From Octopus sinensis (taxonomy: Eukaryota), in contig NC_043001.1 in the NCBI RefSeq assembly GCF_006345805.1, positions 57,908,001 through 57,972,000 on the forward strand: a stretch of DNA of 64,000 bases. Reading direction: 5' to 3'. The first letter of the stretch is position 1; each line of letters opens with the position of its first letter. The notes beneath the pieces were generated by a model, which worked only from the letters and a program-made list of their open reading frames with translations, had not been told where the DNA came from and did no database searches. Made by a program: the position numbers and the translations under genes. Positions 25,623-39,516 of the stretch are shown one piece after another.

Positions 25623-26590
25623 TTTTCTTTCTGTCTTCAAAGTTTCTTCCGTTTCTCGCCGAGTGTTTTCCATACACCTAGAGCAGAGAAGATCATTGTA
25701 TGCATTCCCAGATTACACACGCAAATTCACAGATAAAATATGTATTTAAAAATTAATAAATAAATAAATTCATGGATGGATATTGTTTTCACAGCGATAA
25801 TGCTCTTCTCAGTACATGAGCCGTTCCAGTTAATACGATTTTTTGCACTTCCTGTAGGGATGGTAAGCCTGGAATCATTTTCAAATAGGTTTCAGTACCT
25901 TTTTTATCATTCCTAGAAACGCTACAATCACTGGTACTGTAGTCGCCTTGAGATGCCACATTTTTTCAATTTCTATTAGCAAGTCTTCATATTTACTAAT
26001 CTTGTCAAATTCTTTCGCCGCTATATTGTGATCGCAATGAATATTCATGTCAATTAATAAACACATCTTTTTTGTCTAATATTTTATAATAATATCCGGT
26101 TTATTAACTTTTATAGACTTGTCGGTCTGTACAAAGAAGTCCCATAGAATCGACAAATTTTCTCCCTCACTCACAGCTTCAGGATGGTGTTTATAGCATT
26201 TGTCAGCGGTTTTTCATTTTATAATGCCGACATATTGTCCACCATAAATACTGGCCGACTCTGTCATGTCTTGCTTTATATTCTGCAGGTGCTAAGATTC
26301 TACACCCTGAGATTAGGTGGTCTATTGTTTCAATCTCATCGTTACAGAATCGGCATTTTGGGTCAGCTCCATTTTTTATCACATTGGCTTGGTAGTTCCG
26401 GGTTAATAAGCTTTGGTCTTGAGCAGCTAATATGAAACCTTCACTCTCTGCTTTTAGCCCTGAGCTTCGTAACCATTGGTGCGTGTGTTTCTGGTTGACA
26501 TCAGCTTGTTTGCTACGGCCCACATACTTGCCATGGAGAGGTTTCTGTTCCCATCTGCTAGCTAAATTTTCATGTGCTTTTGTCTTCTTC
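25623..26590 (-). mobile_element. 5'-truncated R4/Dong-like retrotransposon 3' end
   Basis: QWLRSSGLKAESEGFILAAQDQSL, CRFCNDEIETIDHLISGC (CCHC knuckle), KPDI...CLLIDM...KISKYEDL, TTVPVIV; (AAT)n tail at 25538-25622. Confidence 0.9.
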
Positions 26591-26983
26591 CTCTTCTTAT
26601 TATCATTATTATTATCATCATCATCATTATCCTCCTCCTCCTCATTATTATTATCATTATTGTTGTTGTTGTTATTGTTGTTATTGTTGTATTGTTTTTG
26701 TTATGATATTATGGAAATAAAAAAAGGAATACCAATAATGTGAATGAATGCAAAATTAATACGAGAGAGAAAAAATAATTAAGGAACAATTACACGAAGA
26801 AATACACAGTGAATACGGTGTGTGCCAAAATTTTATCTTTTCTTTCTTTATCCCAAAGTACATTACTTTTGAAATTTTTTGATGAATCTTTTTCATAGAT
26901 TCTTGTTCGATGGGAGAACATTAAAGGGATCCCATCTGAATTCAAGTACATTGTAAAGATTATTTTCTATATCACCTTCAGAC

Positions 26984-27071
26984 ATACACACACATACACA
27001 CACACACACACACACGCACACACACACACACACACACACGCACACACACACGCACACACACACACACACAC

Positions 27072-27125
<54 letters not shown>
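26984..27125. repeat. (CA)n microsatellite
   Basis: direct reading. Confidence 0.95.
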
Positions 27126-27128
<3 letters not shown>

Positions 27129-27240
27129 CTCTCTCTGGACTTCAGAGACAGATAGATTAAATAACATAGGTATTGACCTACGGTCTAGAGAAACTGACCA
27201 CGGTGATTATTAGCGGGAGCAGCTTATATTGGAAGTGTGT

Positions 27241-27339
27241 CCATGGGTGGAATTTACCATGGTGCAATATACCGTGGTGGAATTTACCCATGGTGAAATT
27301 TACCTGGTGGAAATTTCCGTGGTGGAATTACCTAGAACC
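27241..27339 (-). repeat. array of ~15-bp units, right TIR-like arm
   Basis: 6 units, reverse complement of 24981-25093 with the same order of variant units. Confidence 0.85.
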
Positions 27340-28375
27340 ATTACTGAAAGAGCACTTATTAAAATTCGGGAGGGGTTTAATGGATATTTTTTCTCTTAGC
27401 TCCAACGACAGGGAAACCGGTTGAATCGTTTCTAAGAATATAATTACCTACAGCCATGTTGGCTAAGGAAGTCAGATGCTATATTTCGTTACAACCGCCG
27501 GCCATAATACATACATGAAGCAAGATGGATATTGCATGGAATTAAGAGAGACATCTTATGAGGAAAATATGCAGAAGTTAGAGCAAAAAAGAGATAGCCA
27601 TTGATTGCTGTTTGAACGATTTTAACTTTGATGAAATATTGAACAAATAAATATAAATCACAAGCTACAAAACACACCATTCTCCCTTGATTGTACTTAT
27701 CTTTCTCTGTTTTAGCCCTTGTCGGAAATGGAGAAGCGAGAGCTTTTGAAGTCACTTCTCAGGCTGGTAGTATTCATAGATAACAAGTTAAAATTTCAAT
27801 GGTTATATCTTGCATGACCAATCCCTCGAAAAATATTCACAACTATAGCTTCTATAGCTTCTATTGAAAGCTTCTAACTACTGGTGAATTTATACGTAAT
27901 TGCATTGAATTTAACACGTTATTTCTCTTTTCAGTCATGTGTGGCAACGAATCTACTCTATTTTCACGCGGATATTAAATAGAAAGTAGAGAATATATTG
28001 ATGATATTGTTATTGTTTAACCTTAAATCAGCTCTGATCAACCTCATGTATAACGACTGGTATCGATCTAATCATTGCCTTTATTCTTCATTTGTCCTCT
28101 TTGGTTTACAAAGCTAAATTTTGATTTGTGATGTATTTACCAGCTATAAGAAGAAGCTCGAGCAACCATAGGTGTCCATGTGGGGTTGCGCGATTATGTA
28201 GATGCTTGTTGATAACTACACAGTCAATGATAATCGTATTGATTTGGTAATGTACAAACACTTGCTATGACAACATGGGAATATCGGAATGTCTATGTTT
28301 CCAATTATCTGATGCGTCACCATCTCGCCATAGCCCTAAGGCAGAAAGTTGTAGAAAAATATATGTTATCTATTG

Positions 28376-28435
28376 ATGACGTGGATGATGACGACGACGA
28401 CGACGACAGTAATGATGATGATGATGATGATGATG
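28376..28435. repeat. (GAT)/(GAC) triplet repeat
   Basis: direct reading. Confidence 0.9.
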
Positions 28436-30264
28436 TACAGATACTGTATAAGCTTGTATTGAAATATTCAAATATCTAATCGCATTATGTACACCAGTCA
28501 CTACGCAACATCCTGAAGGAAAGGAAATATTAAAAAAAAATCCTTTAGAGAATGAGTTTGTGAATAGTTACGTATAATGGATAAGCTTTTGATTTACAAA
28601 TGATTTAAATTTTAATTTAATTAATAATAATCTGCTATAATTAATGTCTACGCCCTAGTTGTATTTGTCCATTCGCTAGGATAGGCACTAGTAATAAAAG
28701 CTCTTCCAGAAATAATTAGTTGAATACAAGGTCATAGATTATTGAATAATTTTCCAATAATATTGCTGCCTGGACAAACGTTGTATATTATATCCCGAGT
28801 GAAAGGGGCACATTTCCATTGGTTGAAAATGAGGATAATGACAGAGCCTTAGCGTGAAGATAGAGTAGATTCGTTTCTACGCATGGCTGGATACGGAAAT
28901 AATGTGGCAGAAATTAGATGAAATTAGGTGTAAATCCACTTGTGGTTGGATAAATTTCAATAACTATAATTCTGAATATTTTTATGCTAAGTGAATAAGA
29001 CTTAAATGTTAAATGTGATGGTTAGTGATAATAATAAATGTGGAACATTCAAATTGTAGTTGAATGGAATAAGATGATCATGGACAACAAATTCATACTT
29101 ATTTAGAAGTTAATTTTAGAATCAAGCCGAAACGAGAAAAAATAATGTTTATCTTCCTTTCTCCACTTCATTATCACACTACACTCGTCCTCCCCTTTAT
29201 CATCGTCTTCTTCATCGTCATCTACGTTGCACTAACATGATATCTACATTCTTTTCCCTTCAATCCACCTGTTTCTTTCTACATTTTCATGGGTATCATT
29301 TTCTTCACCAACACTAGCATCACGTCTACATCCTTTTGCTCATCATCATCATCATCAACATCCTACTTTCCTCATCTTCTCCCTTCCCACTCCTCCCACA
29401 GCATCGGCCGCTTTACCTCCTCATCGTTCTCATTTTCATCTTTGTAATCATTGTCATAGCTGCTATCATCCCTAACATCATCGTCATTATTATCATCAAT
29501 ATCAATAGGAGCTTCCTAAGCAACGATTGTAGAATTTACAACAGCAGTATATTCTTAGATAAATGTGATCAGACTGATTATCCGATAAGGTCATATATTG
29601 GACAAACATTCCGCAACACGAAATAAATATTTGCAGCAGAGAAAACTTCTACCATTTCTGGCCAAGTACATTTCATTAGTTGTCGATGATAGATTTACTA
29701 GTTTATTTATATGTAACCGAGCATCCAGTTATTACATCATTTCTATTTGCAATATACATTAATACTGAATTGCAACTGCAACATCTCCAGCATTACCCAA
29801 TCGACCTTTCCTGAAAAATCTTGTCGAAACATTGAAGTTAATAGATCGAATAAATCGTCCATCGTTCCTTGTATAAGTAATTGATTGAAGGAATTATGGA
29901 ATTATTTAGGCAACAATTATGTGATTTAGCTTTTATCTCATCTATTCTAATGTAATTTGCTTATATGAATTTCTAAGGTCAAATTTAGCCTGTCACTTTG
30001 CTATATAAATATACAAGAATCAATTGAATTCCCTTCATACGGGAAGAATTAAGCAAGTATACAACTTCATATCAGACGATTTGAGTCAACACTCCCATTC
30101 ATCTTTTCAGGGTCGATAAAATAAAGTAACTATGAAGTACTAGATTCGATAGCATCGACTAAGGTCAGGTTCTCAAAATTACTCTATGAAATAATACTGA
30201 AGCACTGGCAACGATGTATTCCATTAGACCCCTGCTCCAAAATTTCTGGCCGCATTTAGTCTGT

Positions 30265-30615
30265 CCTTACATTGTGAGCTCAAATTCTGCCGAGGTCTAA
30301 TTTGCCTTTCATCCTTTCGACGGCGATGAACTAAGCACCAGTTACACACTGTGGTTGATGTAATCGACTATCTCCCTCTTCCAAATTTCAGACCTGATAC
30401 CTATAGTAGAAAATATTATTATTATTGTTAAGGCGGTGAGATGGCAGAGACTTTAAGACGACGGGCAAAATGCTTAGCGTTATTTCGTCTCTCTTTATGT
30501 TCTGAGATCAAATTCTACCGAGGTCAACTTTCGCTTTCATCATTTCGAGGTCGATGAATTGAGGACTGATGCCAATGTAATTGACTTAATCCCTTTCCTG
30601 ATATTTCTAGACCTT
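30265..30615 (+). mobile_element. two tandem copies of a tRNA-derived SINE joined by a short (ATT)n tail
   Basis: repeated CAAATTCT.CCGAGGTC...GC.TTCATC.TTTCG body; second copy has head AAGGCGGTGAGATGGCAGA. Confidence 0.75.
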
Positions 30616-31097
30616 GTACATATATAATACAATGGACGATTATTATTTTTATAGTTGTAGTTGTTCTGAAAGCGGCGACCTCACAGAATCATCAGCACAT
30701 TCTCATTATGGCAGTGCTTTTCAGTATATTGTATCAGGATTTTACGGTTATTCGTCTGAATATTTGTTGCATTTTGTTTTACTTTTAGCTCAATATCAAT
30801 TTCGACGTGTCAGGCCGTTGATAAGAGTAATCAAATTATAGCAATGTCCTTTTGACTTATGTGTATGGGAAACAGAGTCCCATTAGCCAGAGTTTCTTTT
30901 CTGCTACATGTAATACACTAACCTGTGATACGAGGTAGATTGCGTGTTGCTGCTTGTCGATCGAAAAAAAAAACACTATTTAAATTACTTTGGCCTTGTG
31001 TATTAATGTATCTGCCAGAAGACTATTTTCACAGTCGCTTGGATATGATTCTAATTGTTTGTGCTCATTCCCTAATTGTGGCTATCATCTCTCTCTA

Positions 31098-32140
31098 TTG
31101 GGCCATACCATAAATAATGCGGTTTTTTCAATTGCATGAACTAAAGGTCGGAACAAGAAGAGATAAACTAGCTGCATCAAATTGTTATAAAAGCAGGTAG
31201 TAATTCTCAGAGCAAATTTTGAAGAGTGCAGTTCGATTTTAACAGTTATTTTGTCAAAGTTATTTTTTCAAAGCTATTCAAAAGAAGTGAAAAATGAGCA
31301 TATTCAGCATATTTTGCTTTATGAGTTCAATAAAGGCAATAACGCAACGGAAAGTGCGAGGAATATTAATGCCGTATATGGGGATCGGACAATAAGCATG
31401 AGCCAATATAAACGGTGTTTCCAGAAATTCCGAGCCAGAAAGTACAGCCTAGAAGGCGGGCCTCATCCTGGTAGATCTGTAGAACTCGATGAGGATGTGC
31501 TGCAAACCCTATTGGAAAAAAATCCTATTATAACTGTTGAGGGACTAGCAGAGAAGCTTGGATGTGGTCATTCAAACATTCATCGATACCTGCCTGCCAT
31601 CGGAAAAGCCAGCGAATTGGGTCAATGGTTCCTCACACACTTTCCGAGTCTAATCGCGGGCAGTTAGTGAATGTGTGCTATCTTTGCTGTTACGTCTCAC
31701 GAATGAACCTTACTTTGACTGAATAGTGACTGGTGACGAGAAATGGGTACTCTATAGAAATGTCAAGCTACAAAGACAGTGCATAGGGAAAGGAGAAAAA
31801 CCGGTAACCCAGGCTAAAGAAGGTCTTCACAAACGAAATGTGTTATAGGTTTTGTGGAATATGAAAGATTTAGTCTACTTTGAACTATGAAACCCTAACG
31901 AAACTATAACAAAGGAGATCTACAGCGAGCAGCTTCAGCGCTTTAAGTCACCACTTGAAGAAAAAAGACCATCTTTGTTTTCAAAACGAAAGGTATTCTT
32001 CCATCAAGTAAATGCGATGTGACTAGGCACACTGCCTCACGAAGGTCACTGCTCGTTGTCAGGGAACACGCAACTGGAAACTTTTCGATACCACTTTGTA
32101 TATTCTGATGAGGTCTGAATTGGGCACCTAGCAACTATCC
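31098..32140 (+). mobile_element. 3'-truncated mariner (SETMAR/Hsmar1-like) remnant
   Basis: HILLYEFNKGNNATESARNINAVYG, IVTGDEKWVLY, FHQ..A; left TIR-like TTGGGCCATACCATAAATAATGCGG after TA; no right TIR seen. Confidence 0.85.
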
Positions 32141-33449
32141 ATCACGCTTTGCACATACACAGCATTACAATATCATATTATAATTGCCGAATATGCGTCT
32201 AAAATATGGAGTTAATAACCACAGTAATGATTATCAGGCTCTCACCCTCGTATTAGTTTTATAGCACAACTGTAATGTTTTGAGAAATCCCTAGAACTTG
32301 GTAGTTGAAATGATACCATTGCCATAGCACAGTTGATAAGAATTCTCCGAAAAGTTGCAGTCATTCTCTTTTGAATTTAAGCATGAAATGGTGCATTTAA
32401 TTGGATCGGAGTTAGTGAATACATAAATGATGAAAGCGAGTTTTCTTGGATTATCCATAATTTTATAAACATTGAGCGCTATGTTTTGAATTATCTTTCT
32501 TCTGATTTAATACCCTAACTTTTCACATGCTACTTTTCAAGAATTCAATAATCACTGGTTAATATTTATCAATTCACCTTCAATGACAACTCGAACACAA
32601 TAAACTGATTCGCATTCCTAACATGTCTCAACAAATTGTAAGTTATGGGTTTTTATTAAGATTAACAAATTGCCTTGGTCACCGGTAAGTGCTTCAACGT
32701 TACAACCATACAAATTTTTTCAAACTACATTTGTCTTTTAGGTAAAATTTGAAAATTTAAAGTTATATCTCTCTAGAGTTTTGATACTTCTTTGAGGCAT
32801 TTTAGGGTCATGTTTCAAATCATACTTTGATCTGTAACTGTGCATCATCTTCGTCTTTGTCTTAAGAAGTAGGCTTCTCTATCCTTCCGTCAGTTGGTCT
32901 AGTACTTGGAATATTATTTTGCTACAGAAGTTGGTTTTATTGCTGTGTAAATCATGGATCTATTTAATCCAAAATATCACTCCCTCTTTTCATCGTTTCC
33001 AACATACTTTCCACGTGGTTTCCCTTTGTTTTTCCATTACATGACAGATTTTTTTTCTTTTTGTGTATGGATTTTCTACTTTCTCATCTGGCTCGATTCT
33101 ACATTTCTACTGCGTCTCTATTTAACTCCTCGTAACATTTCGTCCGTCTCTACGTGCTGGGTTTAAATGCCACCGTGTTCTACTTTGCTATTTATCATTT
33201 CGGGATAGTCGATAAAATAAAAGAAATACTAGTTGAGCACTGGGTCAAAATTGTTGAGTTTTTGCCCAAATTTCAAACAAAAATTTGAGATGTTACAATC
33301 TTTTTTTTTCCTGAAAAACTTTAACTTCTAGGTAACGTTGTTTTGTGCGGGGAAAATATTTGAAATCCTACTTTACATTCTGATTATCAAAATACACCTT
33401 CCTCAGTTGATCTACTGCTGAATAATCCTTTTCAAATTACGATCTTGTT

Positions 33450-34200
33450 CATTCTAATAATATTTTATACTTCTGAGTCTGCTACATATATTCTATGTTA
33501 GATGATATCACTCATTTCTTCGGCAAGTATTGCTACTGCACACTTATTAGTTTGATTATGATCCATTTTAAAGTGCATGATATTTTGCTTGTTTCCAGCA
33601 TGTCTTTAATTTACTTTCTTTCTCTCCAAACATTTCATGAATTTCGTATATTATATATTCGTGGTCAGTGTATTTTTTTTTTGTATAAATCTCCTATTTT
33701 ATTACTGATTGGTAGTATCAGATTTGGAGTTGTTTGAACCTTCGTTTATTCTGTTCAGTTGTGCAGTATTTTATATTGTTTATACTACGTGTTCTACTTT
33801 GTTTTATGCTATATATTTTGTGTTGCATGTTCTGTTGTAGTGACGCCTTCTGTATAATCCAGCTCGGTTGTTCAATATTTATTATGTTTCCTGTTTGATA
33901 GTTGCCATTAAATCGTATTTGTTAATATGCTTTTTTTAATATCAGGAGAGAATATTTGGATTGGTGTTTATATTTTGGACGTATATGTTATGTCGAATCA
34001 GTGATATGCACCGAAGTGTTTAATTAGGCAATGAGAAAAGGCTTTCAAAATCTCTAAGTATATAGCTTTGGCGAATTATTGCTTAGCTTTTGTTTCAATT
34101 GTTTTGACTTGATCGAAAACGGTGGTACGGTGTTTCGGGGTATATTTTTAATCAAGAATCCGGAAAATTCATGTTCCGTAGTGTACAAGAAATTTTAAAA
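33450..34200 (-). mobile_element. possible heavily decayed Penelope-like remnant
   Basis: PPFSIKSKTI and LIKHFGAYH resemble the PLE RT-EN linker; LKWIII lies downstream. Confidence 0.3.
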
Positions 34201-34537
34201 TATTTCCAATTTGATGGTGGTTATTGTACCCAGTTATTTGCGCAGATTCGCTGATAATTATGTATATGTGAAGAGTAAACAAATGACATACGATAACTTT
34301 AATATAAAAATTAGCAGCAAAACCCTGCCTTCAATCATCAAAACAATGTCAACTGAAGTAATTTTCCCCACATTATTTCTGAGGACTAGTATTTCTTCGT
34401 GGTCGACCTTTTTTATTTCATAATTGCTTTTATTCTTTACAATATTGATATCTTATCTGGTTCTTTGAAACACACAATTATGCTTTCAGATAGATAACGT
34501 GGCGACATTGATGCACTATTTGTCCCTGATGGTATTG

Positions 34538-35580
<1,043 letters not shown>

Positions 35581-36904
35581 ATGAATTTTAATACGTATTG
35601 GATTTAGAAATTAAACTACAGCTGAAATGTTTACGTCTTTATTATTTTTCTTAAGTGTCCGGACATAAGTAAATGCTTTAATTCCATAGTTATCGTGTCC
35701 ATACAGTTCTTGGTCCATTGTATAAACCGAATATTCTATCTCAAAATCGAACCTGGAAAATATTTAATTTGAATAACAACGCCCTTTCTCTACATTCGAT
35801 TTAAGAAATAAGTTATTAGTGTCATAGAATAACTGTACTTAAATTGAATTTCAAAGATGTGAATTCTGATCCAGTAAATTTAGTAAAAGTAATTTTTAGG
35901 AGGGAAGACACACGGTCTTTATTTACAAAATGTTAAAACTTCAAGTGTTTAAAATTTATGGTTTCACATAATTTAATTATACCTATTGCACCGAAAGATT
36001 CCGCAAACACTATTAGGCTGTGAAGCTTATAGAAATCCCATCATTATTTAAGTTACAACATGATAAACGCGCATGAGTCCGCTCTTTTCAGAGTGATTTA
36101 AAGATTGCATAGTAAAAAATCGAGACACTTTCTTCTGAAAGAATTAAATGTATCATACCAAAGATTACTAATGAGATTATTCGTGGTTTAAGAATTTGTA
36201 TATGAGTGGATTATGAGAACAATCTATGAATTCTAATTATTACACTCAGGAGGATATTAATGTTGATTGTAAATAGTTCAAATTGGTTGTCAACTTTTAT
36301 ACGATAAAATTTTACACTAATCGTGGTAATTGGTTCTTAATTTCCACACGTCTTCAGCAAAGAAATTGAGGTAATGATTTTATTAATCTAACCTTTCTCA
36401 TTAGAGCAGGGTGTATTAATTTCTGTTTGTCACAGTACAGTCCTGAATACAAGACAGCCGATTACCAGGAAAATATTCTGAAACCAGTTATTAGCATATT
36501 AGAGAGGAAGTACTTCGATTCCCTTCTGTGGTGTTTATCATGTGTATTTTCCTCACGTTTTTAACGAGAAGCAAAAATGCAACGGGACTTTTATCTGTCA
36601 GTCAAGTCGATTTTTTCGTGAGGAGATATTTTCATTTCCTTCCATCAACTATTACTACGTAAATATCTTGTCCAAAAATGTGACAACTGCCTTTTATATA
36701 TCTATTTGTTTGTGTATTTTAATTTATTATTATCTAGCAAAATTGAGAGAAAAAAATCTGTTGGTTTATGAGTTTGTGATGATATAAGAAAACCTAGTAG
36801 GAGTTGTTCCAATTGCAGAAGCAAATTTCTATAGCGATTCATCTATCTTTTATTTGTTTCTGTAGCATTAAATTTTGCTCTTTTTTAAAGCATGATACTT
36901 ATTT

Positions 36905-37165
36905 TATCGCGCACTTGTACCGAAGCACTAAATTACGCTACTGTAAAGTCTCAAACACCGATTGTCAAGCAAGCGATAGTGGAGATAGACACAACCACCC
37001 CACCACACACAGAGGCATGTATGTATATATGACTGGATTGTGTAACTTCCTGTCTACTAAATTTACACGCATGACACAGGTCATACCGAAACTATAGTAG
37101 AAGACACTTACTCGAAGTGCCATGCGGTGGGAGTGAACCCGGAACGACGTGGCTAGTAAAAAGTC
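36905..37165 (-). mobile_element. tRNA-derived SINE, second family
   Basis: B-box-like GTTCCGGGTTCACTCCCA followed by GGCACTTCGAGTAAGTGTCTTCTACTATAG. Confidence 0.7.
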
Positions 37166-37730
37166 CTCATCACACGACAGTGTCTTCAGGAAGCAAGTGA
37201 CTTGCTTTGATTACTTTCCAAAGGAGTGCTTTGTTTAGTTTAGTACAAATTCGTGTTCTAAATTCGTGTAATATTGTCGACCAGAAACCTGATACTGGAA
37301 ACTGGGTAATTGTCAATATTCGTAAACTGGTTGATATTTTTTGAGACATAACCCTTATTTCTTCAACAATTAACAACCCAAACTGGCACTTATCTAGATA
37401 ATATTAGGTTATATGATGTCTGCATTCGAAATTTTCAAATAGTATTAACTAAAATATTTTTATCCTCCACATTTTGTTTCCGCAGTTTTGTTGCAATAAG
37501 TCAGCGATCTGGTGTGTGATATTCCGAATACTGAGCAGCCTCCTCGGTCATCTGTGTTTGTAGAGAATTCTGATTGCAAAAATATCAATTTGTTTTAGCA
37601 ATTTTTAAATAATTACACTAAAACCACATATATTAATTTGTTTAAGCAATTTCCAAATAATTACACTGAAACCACAATATTCATTTTTTTCGTGTAAACT
37701 GTCACCTATTTATACTGTATACAGAATCTG

Positions 37731-37810
37731 TTTGGTTTTTTTTTTGATTTTTTTGTTTTTTTTTGCTGTAGTTTCAGCTCAGAGCTGCGGTCATGCTGAT
37801 GCACCGCCGT
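37731..37810 (-). mobile_element. SINE 3' end with A-rich tail
   Basis: homologous to 1192-1274. Confidence 0.55.
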
Positions 37811-39446
37811 TATTAACTTTTGTCTTTTTTATTCTGTCTGAATTATTTCTGGAAATGCTGCATTCATCTGAACGTTTCCATTTGAAGTTCATTAGTTAAT
37901 AAGGTGAAATTTTCAGATGAACTTGGACCTCTGAGATTTTCTACTCACGTGGCGTTATTTTCGCCGTTATCATTACCGGCCTATGTAGACCCGTCACTGA
38001 ACATACATCTTACTGGAGAAATATAACGGCATGTTAGAGAGTTTGTTGGAATGTCAAATTAATCTGGCTTGGTTAACCTGTCCATAACCTGTGAGTGATA
38101 ACTTTCAAATTGATTAAACTGTAATGATAAAGGAAGTCCCAGATATTATCTGCTAATTAATTTGAAACTGATACATGACGTCAGCAGCCATGTACATGAA
38201 GATGATCTAACAAATATAAATGATTATGTCAATAAGGAAATTTTATCATCATAATCACGATGATCCCCCGAATCATGATAAATATAATGATCATGAGCAT
38301 CATAATCAGGATCACCATCACAAAATGAGGACGATCATAGTCGTCGTCAGCGTTGAGGTGCTCATCATCATCTTAGACATACATCATGATTGTCGTCATC
38401 GTCATCATCACAACCGCTACTACCACCATCAACAGCACCTCCACCTTCTGTTATTCCCCCCTCCTTCTGCCTTCTTCCTCCCCCTCAACAACGAAAAACA
38501 AGACGAATAATATCAACAATAGCATCATTATCATCTTTCTCCTCACGAATAATCCTAGAAAACCTAATTAGATCTATAAAGTGATTAATAATACTTAACA
38601 TAAATACTGCTCCCGCTACTCAATAGGAACTATAAGCTCAACGGGAACTACAGTCTCAGATCCCTTACCTGAGCTTGCAGTAAATAACGGGCCAATTGGC
38701 CCAATATTTTAATTCTATAGTCTATATACAATATGAGACACAATTTAGTGTGTTGTTTGATAAAATCAGCCTTAGAATGTAATATGCTTGGAATCAAATT
38801 TAAGGGTCGAATGTTAAGAATGCTTTGATCTGAGTTCTGCTCAATCAAGGAGGATTTGGGGCAAGCTTGCAAAGCAAGTGATATTGTGTATCTAGGGACA
38901 ACTCTAAAAATATGACATTCACAAACAATATATATTAGTACATTTTGAATGGTTGACGGTTCTGACCTGGAATAGTAGCTATACTTTAATATAATACGTA
39001 GACAGTATACTTTCCGATATGAAAATAAGTCCAAATCGTATAGATATTATGGAGGATTAGATATAAAATTATTAATATTTTGCATTTACCGATGGTGTTG
39101 TTATTTTCTGTATGTATTTTTGCTTACGATGATCAATTGTATTTCAAATTTTGCCATTTCAAAAGCGGCAAGAGTCCACTGGGTAATTTCCTCCAATTTC
39201 CTACAAGTACTGGCGCCAAAGAGTTCGACATTGACTTTAGCGTAAATCATTTTTATATGACTGACAGTCTTTGAAAGTGACTCTGTATGTATGTTTCTAT
39301 GAATATATATATCTTAGTGTTTCTGTGTGTGTCGTTAGTACTTCATATATCTGTAAAAGAAGCACACTCTAAAGCATTTGAGCAGTAATATATCTTTCAG
39401 GTGGTGACCGGATTAAAGCATAAGCGGCAACGATACACCTACAGAG

Positions 39447-39509
39447 TTGTTGTAGCTGGCAGCAGATAGACCGCCTAATCATCGGTCTATCTGCTGTCAA
39501 CTATAACAA
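39447..39509 (+). ncRNA. pre-miRNA-like hairpin (27-bp stem, 9-nt loop), or palindromic element relic
   Basis: TTGTTGTAGCTGGCAGCAGATAGACCG-CCTAATCAT-CGGTCTATCTGCTGTCAACTATAACAA; 1 mismatch, 2 G-U pairs; hairpin is certain, ncRNA status is not. Confidence 0.4.
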
Positions 39510-39516
39510 AAATAAC

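Noticed and set aside
24981-27339. 15-bp arrays as a CRISPR array
   Set aside because: No unique spacers, eukaryotic context, no cas genes
27716-27770. Cadherin-like LVGNGEARAFEVTSQAGSI after a strong acceptor
   Set aside because: Too short, poor donor site, stop follows
30430-30520. tRNA gene
   Set aside because: A/B-box-like head continues into a SINE body, with no cloverleaf
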